From Acidimicrobiaceae bacterium (GTDB lineage: Bacteria > Actinomycetota > Acidimicrobiia > Acidimicrobiales > Ilumatobacteraceae): a DNA stretch of 51,008 nucleotides. The stretch lies in contig JANOET010000037.1 in NCBI GenBank assembly GCA_031413415.1, forward strand, positions 1-51,008, read 5' to 3'. The notes below the pieces were generated by a model, which saw only the letters and a program-made list of their open reading frames with translations, did not search any database and was not told the DNA's origin. The position numbers were made by a program, and so were the translations under genes. Below are positions 11,318-20,466 of this stretch, in pieces (position 1 is the stretch's first letter; each line of letters starts with the position of its first letter).

Positions 11318-12571
11318 ATGCGTCGTCTCGCGATCGTGGTGATCCTGTTCCTCACCGGTTGTGCCACCCCCTTGGCCTCGATCGGGGTGCTGTCGGGCGA
11401 CTCCGGCTCCGCCACGTCGAAGGTCGCCGCCACCACGTCGGTCACGACCATCACCCCGGCCACCCCGGTCACCACGGACACCACGGTCACCACGGACACC
11501 ACGCCGGTCGCCCCGGACAGCACCACGACGGACAGCAGCACGACGGTCAGCACGATGCTCACCACGACGACCGTCGGGCGCCCATCACCGTCGCTCGCCG
11601 ACGCCGCCCGGTGGGTCGATGCGATTCCGCGGGTGGCCATGTCGGACGACCCACCGCTCGTGCCCATCGCCCGCCTCGCGAACCTGTCCTACGGCCCGGA
11701 GCCCGAGCACGTGCTCGACGTGCTGCGGTCGTCGGGTCCCACCCGCCACGACGGTTCCATCGTTTACGTGCACGGCGGCGCGTGGGTGGGCGGCGACAAG
11801 GACATTTCGATCACGCCGTACGCGAGGATCATCGAGCACCTCGTCGCCGATGAGGGCTGGACCGTGTTCTCGATCGGCTACCGGCTGGCCCCCAACCCGG
11901 ATGTTCCCGACTCACCGGGTAGCCCGTTCCCCGCTGCGTTGCTCGACGTCAACCGTGCGGTGCGTTGGGTGAAGGCACACGCCCTCGATTTCGGTGTGTC
12001 ACCCGACAACGTGGTCGTCTACGGCCACTCGGCAGGCGGACACCTGGCCGCGATGATGGGGACCGCCTGGAACGAGCCGACCCTGCAGGCCACCGACCTA
12101 CCCGCCAACCTGGCGGTCGTCTCGCCCCGGCCCGCTGCGGTGGTGAGCCTGTCGGGACCGCTCGATCCTGCTGCCTGGTGGGAGTCGAACTCGGACCCGC
12201 AGAACATCTTCTCGGGCGCACGCGCCATCGCCTCGTTCGCCGGTTGTGCGGGGGAGGCCAACTCCACGTGTTCGACGGAGCAGTTGCACGCGCTCGACGT
12301 GTCGGCCTACGCCGATGACATGGACCCGCCGATGTATGTCACCCACGGCGACCTCGACGGCATCGTGCATCCGGCGTGGCAGCAGCCGGTCGTGCTGCGC
12401 TTGATGGCTGCACTCCCCGATGCCCACGTCTGGTACGACCTCGTCACCGAGGGTCCGCCGGAGGAGCGCAACCACGTGCTCGACCGGTCGGTGAACACAG
12501 CGGCCCTGCAGGCGTTCCTGCGGTTGTCCGTGCCCGATCTGTCGACCACCTCGGGTCGCCTGGTGCCCTGA
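11318..12571 (+). CDS. secreted lipoprotein, alpha/beta-hydrolase (esterase/lipase, HGG + GxSxG type)
   Basis: Lipobox LFLTGC, then a Thr-rich linker, then VYVHGGAWVGGDK (HGG oxyanion motif) and YGHSAGGHLA (nucleophile elbow). Confidence 0.75.
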   Translation: MRRLAIVVILFLTGCATPLASIGVLSGDSGSATSKVAATTSVTTITPATPVTTDTTVTTDTTPVAPDSTTTDSSTTVSTMLTTTTVGRPSPSLADAARWVDAIPRVAMSDDPPLVPIARLANLSYGPEPEHVLDVLRSSGPTRHDGSIVYVHGGAWVGGDKDISITPYARIIEHLVADEGWTVFSIGYRLAPNPDVPDSPGSPFPAALLDVNRAVRWVKAHALDFGVSPDNVVVYGHSAGGHLAAMMGTAWNEPTLQATDLPANLAVVSPRPAAVVSLSGPLDPAAWWESNSDPQNIFSGARAIASFAGCAGEANSTCSTEQLHALDVSAYADDMDPPMYVTHGDLDGIVHPAWQQPVVLRLMAALPDAHVWYDLVTEGPPEERNHVLDRSVNTAALQAFLRLSVPDLSTTSGRLVP

Positions 12572-12619
12572 GCGCCGCAGGATCGACAGGTCGCAGCCAC
12601 CTGCGCGTAACGTCGTGCC

Positions 12620-13795
12620 GTGACCACCTCGCCCGACCCGTTCGGCTTCGACTCACTCTCGCTCGACTGGCTCACGACCAAGCCGGGGGCGAAGTGGGGT
12701 CAGAACCGCAGCGCGCTGAACGCGTGGGTCGCCGACATGGACTTCCGGCCGCCGCCCGTGGTGTCGGCAGCGTTGCAGGCACTCATCGAAACCGGCGACC
12801 TGGGCTATCCCGTGTGGGGGCTCGAGCATTCACCGGCCCTCGACGCGTTCGTCGAACGTGCCGCGTCGCGTTACGGCTGGCACCTGCGTGCTGCGGAGTG
12901 CTGCGAGTTGAACGATGTCACCCAGGGCATCCAGATCGCGCTCGAGCACCACACTCGGCCCGGCGACGGGGTGGTGGTGTTGCAGCCGTCGTACCCGCCG
13001 TTCCTGAAGACCGTCGAACTCATGCGCCGTCGGATGGTGCCGCTCGACGGCACTCGCGACGAGGCGTCCCCGACGGGATGGGCATTCGATTGGGAGAGGC
13101 TCGACGAAGCACTGACCGCCACACCAGCGAGCGTGTTGCTGCTCTGTCACCCGCACAACCCCACCGGACACGTCTTCGACGAGGCGGAACTGCGCAGGAT
13201 TGCGATCCTCGCCGAGCGGCACGATCTGTCGATCATCTCCGACGAGATCCACGCCGACCTCACGTTCGCGCCGGCACGACACCTGCCCATGGCGCTGTAT
13301 GCGCCGGCCCGAACGGTCAGCATTCATGCCGCGTCGAAGGCGTTCAACCTCGCTGGGTTGCGCTACGCGGTCATGCACATCGGGCCCGAGATGTTGCGTG
13401 ACCGGATGAACGAGGTGCCCAACCACCTGTACGGCAAGCCGAATCTGTTCGGCGCTGCGGCGGCGCATGCGGCATGGACGGACGGCGACGAGTGGCTGGC
13501 CTCCCTGCTCGCTCATCTGGACGACCAGCGGCGCCTTGCTGTGGAAGTGGTCAGCGAGGCACTTCCGGGCGTGGTGGCCTCCGTGCCGGCGGCCACCTAT
13601 CTGCTGTGGCTCGACTGTCGGTCGCTCGACCTCGGCGAATCGCCGGAGCGAGAGTTCTTGCGCCGTGGAGTGCGCCTGAGCGAGGGCGCCGACTTCGGTG
13701 TGCTCGGTGCGGGATGTGCGCGGTTGAACTTCGCGACGTCCTCCGACGTGTTGCGCGAGGTCGTCAGAAGGATGGCCAGCGCACCTGCATCGTGA
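12620..13795 (+). CDS. MalY/PatB-family PLP enzyme (cystathionine beta-lyase-like aminotransferase class I/II)
   Basis: 391 aa with GTG start: PGAKWGQNRSALNAWVADMDFRPPP..., LLCHPHNPTGHVF, HAASKAFNLAGLR (PLP-Lys). Confidence 0.8.
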   Translation: MTTSPDPFGFDSLSLDWLTTKPGAKWGQNRSALNAWVADMDFRPPPVVSAALQALIETGDLGYPVWGLEHSPALDAFVERAASRYGWHLRAAECCELNDVTQGIQIALEHHTRPGDGVVVLQPSYPPFLKTVELMRRRMVPLDGTRDEASPTGWAFDWERLDEALTATPASVLLLCHPHNPTGHVFDEAELRRIAILAERHDLSIISDEIHADLTFAPARHLPMALYAPARTVSIHAASKAFNLAGLRYAVMHIGPEMLRDRMNEVPNHLYGKPNLFGAAAAHAAWTDGDEWLASLLAHLDDQRRLAVEVVSEALPGVVASVPAATYLLWLDCRSLDLGESPEREFLRRGVRLSEGADFGVLGAGCARLNFATSSDVLREVVRRMASAPAS

Positions 13796-14504
13796 GCACG
13801 ACGAGGCACAGGATCTCGGCGATCTGCTCGGTGGCGCCGAGCACGTCGCCGCTGATGCCGCCGATCTTGCGTCGGGCGAGGGTGCCGGTGGCGAGCACGG
13901 CGACCAGTGCTGCGCCGGCGAGCGGTGCTGCCCACCAGCCGACGACGAGGGCGGTGACGGCAAGGCCGGCGAGCGAACCGATGATGGCTCGCATCGGCGT
14001 GGTCCCGCGGCCGTAGTCGGCGCCGAGCCCCGAGTGTGTGGCCAGACGCATGGAGCCGGCCATGCCCACCGCCGCAACACGCCCCATCGTGTGGGCGGCG
14101 ACCGCGCCGGTGAACATCGCCCACGGCCCCGGCAATGAACCGAGTGCGACGACGCGCAGCACGATCGACGCGCAGATCGCGGCCACCCCGTAGGTGCCGT
14201 GGCGTGAGTCCTTGAGGATCTCGAGCCGTCGCTCGACCGTCCAACCGCCGCCGAACGCGTCGGCGATGTCGCCCAGGCCGTCCTCGTGGAACGCCCCGGT
14301 GATCAGCAGCCCCACGGCCACCGCGACGGCGCCGGCCAGCAGCGGCGGCGTGAGGTGCCACACGCTGGCAGCGGCTCCCCCGACCGCCGTGCCGATGATC
14401 GCGCCGGCCAGGGGAAACCATGCCACGGTGTCGTCGAGCTTCGGTTCGCGATGCAGCCGGATGGGCACCCTGGTCAGGAACTGGAGCGCCGCCAGCAGGC
14501 CCAC
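13764..14504 (-). CDS. cobS: adenosylcobinamide-GDP ribazoletransferase (cobalamin synthase)
   Basis: C-terminal 246 codons of the track ORF: VGLLAALQFLTRVPI...ITGAFHEDGLGDIADAFGGG..., polytopic membrane protein. GTG start lies 5 nt after the cobT stop. The 3' end overlaps the convergent PatB-like gene by 32 bp. Confidence 0.85.
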   Translation of the reverse strand: MGLLAALQFLTRVPIRLHREPKLDDTVAWFPLAGAIIGTAVGGAAASVWHLTPPLLAGAVAVAVGLLITGAFHEDGLGDIADAFGGGWTVERRLEILKDSRHGTYGVAAICASIVLRVVALGSLPGPWAMFTGAVAAHTMGRVAAVGMAGSMRLATHSGLGADYGRGTTPMRAIIGSLAGLAVTALVVGWWAAPLAGAALVAVLATGTLARRKIGGISGDVLGATEQIAEILCLVVLTMQVRWPSF

Positions 14505-14508
14505 CGGG

Positions 14509-15495
14509 TCAGCCGAACCACTCGGCGAAGGTGGGTACGTCGGTGATGCCTGCGCAGGCCATCCGGACCAGGGGCACCGCGGCCATTGCGCCCGAGCCCT
14601 CGCCAAGACGCATGCCGAGGTCGAGCAACGGCAGCATGCCCAGCGCGTGGACGAGGCGTCGGTGCCCCGGCTCGGCCGACACGTGACCCAGTCGGCAATG
14701 GTCCAGCGCGTCGGGACGTGCACGGGCGAGCGGCAACGCGGATGCGGTGACCACATAGCCGTCGAGCAGCACGGGGATGCCGCGATGTCGTGCTGCGACG
14801 ATCGCAGCACTCACTGCGACCAGCTCGGCGCCGCCCACCTCGCGCAACACCTCCAACGGGTCGGTGAGCCCGGCGATGCGCTCGACCGCAGTCGCGACCG
14901 CGTTGCGCTTGCGGGCCAGTCCGTCGTCGTCGACTCCGGTGCCGCGTCCGACCCAGTCGTCGGGATCGCCGCCCTGCAACGCAGCGGTGACGGCGGCAGC
15001 AGCGGTGGTGTTGCCGATGCCCATCTCGCCCAGCACCAACAGGTCGGCGTCGAGCGCATCGACCGCGGTGCGCGCCGCATCGACGCATTCGTCGAACCGT
15101 TCGGGCGTCAGGGCGGCTTCGACGCGGAAGTCGGCCGTCGGCCGACCCACGCCCACGTCGACCGCTTCGACCGTGGCGCCCACGGCGGCGGCGAATGCCG
15201 ACACCGTGCTGCGGCCGGCGCGATAGGCGGCGAGCATCGCCGCGGTCACCTCGACGGGGTACGCGCTCACTCCAGCCGCAGCGACGCCGTGGTCTGCGGC
15301 GAAGACGAGCCCTGCGGGCCGACGTACGGCGGGGGTAGTGGTGCGCTGCCACTCGGCCATCCACGAGGCCAGTTCGTCGAGGCGTGCCAGCGCTCCCGAC
15401 GGCCGGAGGATGTCTGCGGCGCGCGCCCGCACGGCGTCGCCCGACACGAGATCGGGTTCGGGCAGGGTTGCCAATGCGTCGCGCATCCACTTCAT
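14509..15495 (-). CDS. cobT: nicotinate-nucleotide--dimethylbenzimidazole phosphoribosyltransferase
   Basis: 328 aa: LARLDELASWMAEWQ...FAADHGVAAAGVSAYP...LGEMGIGNTTAAAAV...LGEGSGA. Confidence 0.93.
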   Translation of the reverse strand: MKWMRDALATLPEPDLVSGDAVRARAADILRPSGALARLDELASWMAEWQRTTTPAVRRPAGLVFAADHGVAAAGVSAYPVEVTAAMLAAYRAGRSTVSAFAAAVGATVEAVDVGVGRPTADFRVEAALTPERFDECVDAARTAVDALDADLLVLGEMGIGNTTAAAAVTAALQGGDPDDWVGRGTGVDDDGLARKRNAVATAVERIAGLTDPLEVLREVGGAELVAVSAAIVAARHRGIPVLLDGYVVTASALPLARARPDALDHCRLGHVSAEPGHRRLVHALGMLPLLDLGMRLGEGSGAMAAVPLVRMACAGITDVPTFAEWFG

Positions 15496-16013
15496 CAGAG
15501 CAACTCCCAGGGATTCTGTAGGCGTACGGCGCGGCCCGCCACCAGCAGCATCGTCGTGTCAGCGACAGCGGCCACCATCTGGTTCAAGCGGCCGAGTTCG
15601 TCACGGTACACGCGGCCCATGTCGGTCTCGGGGTGGACGCCCATGCCCACCTCGTTGCTGACCGCGACCGTGGGCCCCTGACGGTCGCGAAGTGCCGCGA
15701 CGAGCGCGTCGCCGCACGACCCTCGATCGACATCGTGGGCGAACAGGTTGCCCAGCCACACGGTGAGGCAGTCGACGACCACGAAGTGCTCGGCGGGAGC
15801 GGTGCGAACGGCATCGGCCAACTGCACCGGGCACTCGATGGTCGTCCAGTGCGGAGGCCGCTCGGCGCGGTGACGATCGATGCGGTCGCGTAGGTCGTCG
15901 TCGAACGGTTCGGCCGTGGCGATGAACGTGACGGGCGCGGCCTGTCGTTCTGCCATCTGCACCGCAAGTGTGCTCTTGCCGCTCCGCGCCCCGCCGATGA
16001 GCAGCGTGAGCAT
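15495..16013 (-). CDS. cobU: adenosylcobinamide kinase / adenosylcobinamide-phosphate guanylyltransferase
   Basis: C-terminal 172 codons of the track ORF: MLTLLIGGARSGKST (P-loop)...FIATAEPFDDDLRDRIDRHRAER...VVDCLTVWLGN. One-nt overlaps with cobO (upstream) and cobT (downstream). Confidence 0.88.
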   Translation of the reverse strand: MLTLLIGGARSGKSTLAVQMAERQAAPVTFIATAEPFDDDLRDRIDRHRAERPPHWTTIECPVQLADAVRTAPAEHFVVVDCLTVWLGNLFAHDVDRGSCGDALVAALRDRQGPTVAVSNEVGMGVHPETDMGRVYRDELGRLNQMVAAVADTTMLLVAGRAVRLQNPWELL

Positions 16014-16588
16014 CAGTAGTCGATGCCGCGCTTCGCGAGGATGCCCGTGTCGTACGCATGCTTGACGTGACGCATCTCGGTGACGGTGTCGGCGATGTCG
16101 ATGAGTTCCTGCGGAGCGTCGCGCCCGGTGACGATGACGTTGACATGTGACGGCCGGTTGGAGATGGCCGCGACGACCTCGGCCGTGGGGACCCAGCCCC
16201 AGGTGCACAGGTAGGTGAGCTCGTCGAGGATGACCAGGTCGTGCTCGCCGGCCGCCAGCACTTTCGATGCGGTCGCCCATGCGGCCTGGGCGAGTTCGAT
16301 GTCGTGTTGCAGGTTCTCGGAATCCCAGGTGAAGCCGCCGCCGAGCGAATGCCAGTCGACGCCGAGTGTGCGACCGATCTTCTCTTCGCCCACCTTCCAG
16401 TCGCCGCTCTTCACGAACTGCAGGACGGCGACCTTCCACTCGCGAGCCACCGCACGGACCATCACGCCGAATGCGGCCGAGCTCTTGCCCTTTCCGTTGC
16501 CGGTGTTGACGAGCACGAGGGACTCGGCCTGGCGGCCTCCCGAAGGGCGTGGGTCGTCGGTGAGGGGCTGCAGGTCGTCGTCACTCAT
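16013..16588 (-). CDS. cobO: cob(I)yrinic acid a,c-diamide adenosyltransferase
   Basis: 191 aa: LVLVNTGNGKGKSSAAFG...VILDELTYLCTWGW...VTGRDAP...TEMRHVKHAYDTGILAKRGIDY. Confidence 0.92.
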   Translation of the reverse strand: MSDDDLQPLTDDPRPSGGRQAESLVLVNTGNGKGKSSAAFGVMVRAVAREWKVAVLQFVKSGDWKVGEEKIGRTLGVDWHSLGGGFTWDSENLQHDIELAQAAWATASKVLAAGEHDLVILDELTYLCTWGWVPTAEVVAAISNRPSHVNVIVTGRDAPQELIDIADTVTEMRHVKHAYDTGILAKRGIDY

Positions 16589-16649
16589 GGCGCTTGGAGC
16601 ATACGCACGAGAGTGCTACTGTCGCAGGGTCCGGCTCGGAACCCGATCC

Positions 16650-16860
16650 GGATGCGTGGTTGTCAGCGAAGTCCGGTGAGATTCCGGCACTGTCCCGCAA
16701 CGGTGGTCCGTGTTCAGCACGGCGAGTCCGGTCGCCTGCCTCCACGCGCGACAACCAGACCCTCGAGGCAAGGGCGGTCCGCGGTGGGACACTCCCGCCG
16801 GTTCCCAACTTGTCCTCCCGAACGGAGGACGACGAGTCCTCCGGAAAGCGGAGGATTCAT
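16650..16860 (+). promoter_or_regulatory. cobalamin (B12) riboswitch with SD-sequestering expression platform
   Basis: P1 tggttgtc(16656-63)/gacaacca(16751-58). Core gcgaagtccggtgagattccggcactgtcccgcaacggt. B12-box-like gagtccggtcgcctgcc (16724-40). Downstream tcctccg/cggagga hairpin (16837-55) covers the GGAGGA SD of the next gene. Confidence 0.85.
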
Positions 16861-16862
16861 CC

Positions 16863-17807
16863 GTGCAACGTTTCACATCCATTGCGGCCCTGACGGCCAT
16901 GCTGCTGGCGGCTGCTGCCTGTGGCGACGACACCTCGTCGTCGTCGGCCAGCACCTCGCCCGACACCACGGCGGCGGTCGACACCACGGCCGGGGTCGAC
17001 ACCACGGCCGCCGAGTCGACCATGCCGCCGGACGCGCCGAAGGCCATCGTCAGCCTGTCAGCCACTGCGACCGAGATGCTGTTCGCGATCGGTGCCGGTG
17101 ATCAGATCATCGCCGTCGACGACCAGAGCAACTTCCCGGCCGAGGCACTCGACAAGCCAAACGACCTGTCGGGTTACACACCGAACGTCGAGGCCATCGC
17201 CGCGCTGGAGCCCGACCTCGTCATCATGCAGGACGCCACGGTGCAGGAGCAGCTGGAAGCGCTCGACATCACCGTGTTCATCGGCTCAGCACCGGCCACG
17301 TTCGACGGCGTGTACGCACAGATCGAACAACTCGGTGCCGCGACCGGCCACGTGGGAGAGGCAGCCGAGCTCGTTGGCAACATGCAGGCCGACATCGCCG
17401 CGGCCATCGCCGCTGCGCCGACGACCGAGGATGCGCTCGCCTTCTACCACGAGCTCGACAACACCCTCTACAGCGTCACGAGCAACACGTTCATCGGTCA
17501 GGTGTACGCACTGTTCGGCCTGACGAACATCGCCGACGAGGCCCAGCCGGGCAACGACTACCCGCAGCTGAACGCGGAATACATCGTGCAGCAGAACCCC
17601 GCGCTGATCTTCCTGGCCGACACCAAGTGCTGCGGTGAGTCGCCCGAGACCGTCGCCGCACGCCCGGGCTGGGATGCCATCGCCGCCGTGCAGAACGGCA
17701 ACGTCATCGCCATCGACGACGACATCGCGTCGCGCTGGGGACCGCGCCTGGTCGACTTCGTCCAGGCCGTCTCCGACGCGCTCGTCAAGGTTCCGGCGAA
17801 GGCCTGA
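16863..17807 (+). CDS. btuF: ABC-transporter periplasmic-type substrate-binding lipoprotein (cobalamin/siderophore family)
   Basis: GTG 16863 lies 7 nt after GGAGGA. Signal/lipobox LLAAAACGDD, Thr-rich linker, then IVSLSATATEMLFAIGAGDQIIAVDD... (BtuF/FhuD-like). Substrate is inferred from the B12 riboswitch. Confidence 0.7.
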   Translation: MQRFTSIAALTAMLLAAAACGDDTSSSSASTSPDTTAAVDTTAGVDTTAAESTMPPDAPKAIVSLSATATEMLFAIGAGDQIIAVDDQSNFPAEALDKPNDLSGYTPNVEAIAALEPDLVIMQDATVQEQLEALDITVFIGSAPATFDGVYAQIEQLGAATGHVGEAAELVGNMQADIAAAIAAAPTTEDALAFYHELDNTLYSVTSNTFIGQVYALFGLTNIADEAQPGNDYPQLNAEYIVQQNPALIFLADTKCCGESPETVAARPGWDAIAAVQNGNVIAIDDDIASRWGPRLVDFVQAVSDALVKVPAKA

Positions 17808-17811
17808 TCCC

Positions 17812-18783
17812 GTGTTCGCCCGTCGTCGCCCGACCGCATGGTGGATCGCCGCAGCCGTGGTGCTGCTCGGCGGCGCCGTCGTGCTCGGGGCGATGGTCGG
17901 GCCCGCCGGCGGCATCTCCGCCGCGAACTGGGACATCATCTGGAACATCCGTCTACCGCGGGTGGTGCTGGCCGGCGTCGTCGGCTCGATGTTGTCGCTC
18001 GCCGGTGCGAGCTACCAGGGCGTGTTCCGCAACCCGTTGGTCGACCCCTACCTGTTGGGGGTGGCCGCGGGTGCGGGGCTCGGTGCGACGTTGGTGTTCG
18101 CCTACGGGCGCGGCGCGACGTCGGGTTGGCCGGTGGACCCCCTACCACTGGCCGCGTTCGTCGGCGCCCTGCTCGCCGTGCTGGTCACCTACGTGGTCGG
18201 TGCATCGTTCGGTGGCAGCGGCCTGAGCCTGGTGCTGGCCGGGGTGGCGGTCGCCGCGCTCGGCACCGCCGTGCAGCAGTACCTGCTGCTGCGCAACAGC
18301 GACGTCATCAAAGAGGTCTACAGCTGGATCAGTGGTCGCGTCAGCACCGCCACGTGGGACGACGTGCAGCTCGTCACTCCGTACGTGCTCGTCGCCACGG
18401 TCGTGCTGTTGGTGCACCGCCGCCAGCTCGACGTGCTGCGCGTCGGCGACGAGGAAGCAGCGACACTCGGTTCGGAGGTCACCCGCATCCGTCTGGTGGT
18501 GGTCATCGCGGCCACGCTCGGCACCGCTGCTGTGGTCAGTGTCAGCGGTTTGATCGGCTTCGTCGGCATCATGGTGCCTCACCTCGTCCGGCTCGTGGTC
18601 GGCTCGTCGTACCGGGTGGTGCTGCCGCTGAGCATCCTGGTCGGCGCGTCGTTCCTCATCCTCGCCGACATCCCCGGTCGCATGATCGAGCACGGCGGCG
18701 AGACCCCCATCGGTGTCGTCACCGCGCTCGTCGGGGCGCCGATGTTCATCTTCGTGCTGCGCACCAGGCGGGTGCCCACGTGA
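17812..18783 (+). CDS. btuC: FecCD/BtuC-family ABC permease
   Basis: GTG 17812, 323 aa: IWNIRLPRVVLAGVVGSMLSLAGASYQGVFRNPLVDPYLLGV...GVVTALVGAPMFIFVL. Confidence 0.8.
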   Translation: MFARRRPTAWWIAAAVVLLGGAVVLGAMVGPAGGISAANWDIIWNIRLPRVVLAGVVGSMLSLAGASYQGVFRNPLVDPYLLGVAAGAGLGATLVFAYGRGATSGWPVDPLPLAAFVGALLAVLVTYVVGASFGGSGLSLVLAGVAVAALGTAVQQYLLLRNSDVIKEVYSWISGRVSTATWDDVQLVTPYVLVATVVLLVHRRQLDVLRVGDEEAATLGSEVTRIRLVVVIAATLGTAAVVSVSGLIGFVGIMVPHLVRLVVGSSYRVVLPLSILVGASFLILADIPGRMIEHGGETPIGVVTALVGAPMFIFVLRTRRVPT

Positions 18784-19562
18784 GCTCGCTCGGCTTCGAG
18801 TGCGTGAACGTGGTGTACGGCGAGCGAGAGGCCGTGTACGCGCTCGATGAGCAGGTGCGTCCGGGAGAGTGGCTGTGCCTCATCGGCCCGAACGGTGCCG
18901 GCAAGTCGTCGGTGTTGCGGGCCGTCGCCGGCCTGGTGAAGTACCGCGGCATCATCACGGTCGACGGGGCGCCCATCGACCTGCGTTCGCCGAAGCGACG
19001 CGCGCAGATGGTTGCCTACGTGCCGCAGTCGCCGCTGCTGCCCGACGACATGACCGGCGCCGAGTACGTGCTGCTCGGGCGCAATCCGTACGTCGGCTAC
19101 TTCGGTGCGGAGACCAAGCACGACCGTTCACTGGTGGCCGACGTGCTCGACCGTCTCGACCTCGGTGAATTCGGGCTCCGCCGGCTGGGCACGCTCAGCG
19201 GTGGCGAGCGGCAGCGGCTGGTGATCGCCCGCGCCATCGCTCAGGAGGCACCCATCCTGTTGCTGGACGAACCGACCAGCGCGCTCGACATCGGGCACCA
19301 GCAGCAAGCACTCGAACTGGTCGATCGGCTGCGGCGCGAGAACGGGTTGACGGTCGTCTCGGCGATGCACGACCTCACCCTGGCGGGGCTGTACGCCGAT
19401 CGACTGTCGCTGCTGCATCAGGGTCACGTCGTGGCCACCGGCTCGGCCGCGCACGTGTTGCGCCCCGACCTGCTCAGCGAGTTCTACGGCGTCAGTGTGA
19501 GTGTGCACGAGCACGACGACGGCACGGTCGTCGTCGTCCCCAAGCGCGGTCGCTCCGTCTGA
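18780..19562 (+). CDS. btuD: ABC transporter ATP-binding protein (BtuD/FepC-like)
   Basis: The GTG start overlaps the permease stop (GTGA). Walker A GPNGAGKSS, signature LSGGERQR, Walker B ILLLDEPTSALD. Confidence 0.85.
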   Translation: MSSLGFECVNVVYGEREAVYALDEQVRPGEWLCLIGPNGAGKSSVLRAVAGLVKYRGIITVDGAPIDLRSPKRRAQMVAYVPQSPLLPDDMTGAEYVLLGRNPYVGYFGAETKHDRSLVADVLDRLDLGEFGLRRLGTLSGGERQRLVIARAIAQEAPILLLDEPTSALDIGHQQQALELVDRLRRENGLTVVSAMHDLTLAGLYADRLSLLHQGHVVATGSAAHVLRPDLLSEFYGVSVSVHEHDDGTVVVVPKRGRSV

Positions 19563-19596
19563 CCTCACCTCAGTCGGGTCGTGCCATGATCGGTCG

Positions 19597-20466
19597 ATGA
19601 AGTTCGGTATTGCCTTCGCCAACACCGGCCCGTTCGCCCAGCCCGACGCGGCGGCCACCTTCGCCCGTGCGGCGGAGGACGCCGGCTTCGAGTCCATCTG
19701 GTCCGTCGAGCACGTCGTCGTCCCGTCGGACTACGGCTCGCAGTACCCGTACTCCGAGAGCGGGAGAATGCCGGGTGCCGACGACATGCCCATCCCGGAC
19801 CCGCTCATCTGGCTCGCCTACGTCGCGGCCGCCACGTCGCGCATCAACCTGGCGACGGGCATCCTCATCCTCCCGCAGCGCAACCCCGTCGTGCTGGCCA
19901 AGGAACTCGCCACGCTCGACCACCTGTCGGCCGGGCGCATGCTGCTGGGCATCGGTGTCGGCTGGCTCGAGGAGGAGTTCGACGCGATCGGCGTGCCGTT
20001 CCACGATCGCGGCAAGCGCACCGACGAGTACGTCGCCGCGATGCGCGCCCTGTGGACCGACGAGAAGGCGACGTTCCACGGCGACTTCGTCGACTTCCAC
20101 GATTGCATCATGCGTCCCAGCCCGGTGAACGGGTCCATTCCCGTGCACGTCGGTGGGCACACCGACATAGCGGCGCGTCGCGCTGGCCGCCTGGGCGACG
20201 GGTACTTCCCCGGCAAGGGCACGCACGAGGAGTTGGCTCGCGTGTTCGACATCGTCCGCACCACGGCCCGCGAGCACGGGCGCGACGCCGACGCCATCGA
20301 GATGACCACCGGCGGCAACGGCGCCGTCGGGTCGGGTGCGCTCGACGAGGTGAAGGCGCTCGCCGACATCGGAGTCGCCCGCGTCATCGTGCCGGCGTTC
20401 CTCTTCTACCGAGACACCGAGGCCGCGCTGGCTCGCTATGGCGACGAAGTGATCAGCCGAGCCTGA
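19597..20466 (+). CDS. LLM-class (luciferase-like) oxidoreductase, probably F420-dependent
   Basis: MKFGIAFANTGPF...FESIWSVEHVVVP...LATLDHLSAGRMLLGIGVGWLEEEF..., resembles Rv2161c-type LLM proteins. Confidence 0.8.
   Translation: MKFGIAFANTGPFAQPDAAATFARAAEDAGFESIWSVEHVVVPSDYGSQYPYSESGRMPGADDMPIPDPLIWLAYVAAATSRINLATGILILPQRNPVVLAKELATLDHLSAGRMLLGIGVGWLEEEFDAIGVPFHDRGKRTDEYVAAMRALWTDEKATFHGDFVDFHDCIMRPSPVNGSIPVHVGGHTDIAARRAGRLGDGYFPGKGTHEELARVFDIVRTTAREHGRDADAIEMTTGGNGAVGSGALDEVKALADIGVARVIVPAFLFYRDTEAALARYGDEVISRA

Noticed and set aside
11440-11580. Short tandem repeats considered as a CRISPR-like or satellite array
   Set aside because: The repeats are in frame inside a coding Thr-rich linker, with only two exact units and no spacers. 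They are not a CRISPR array.
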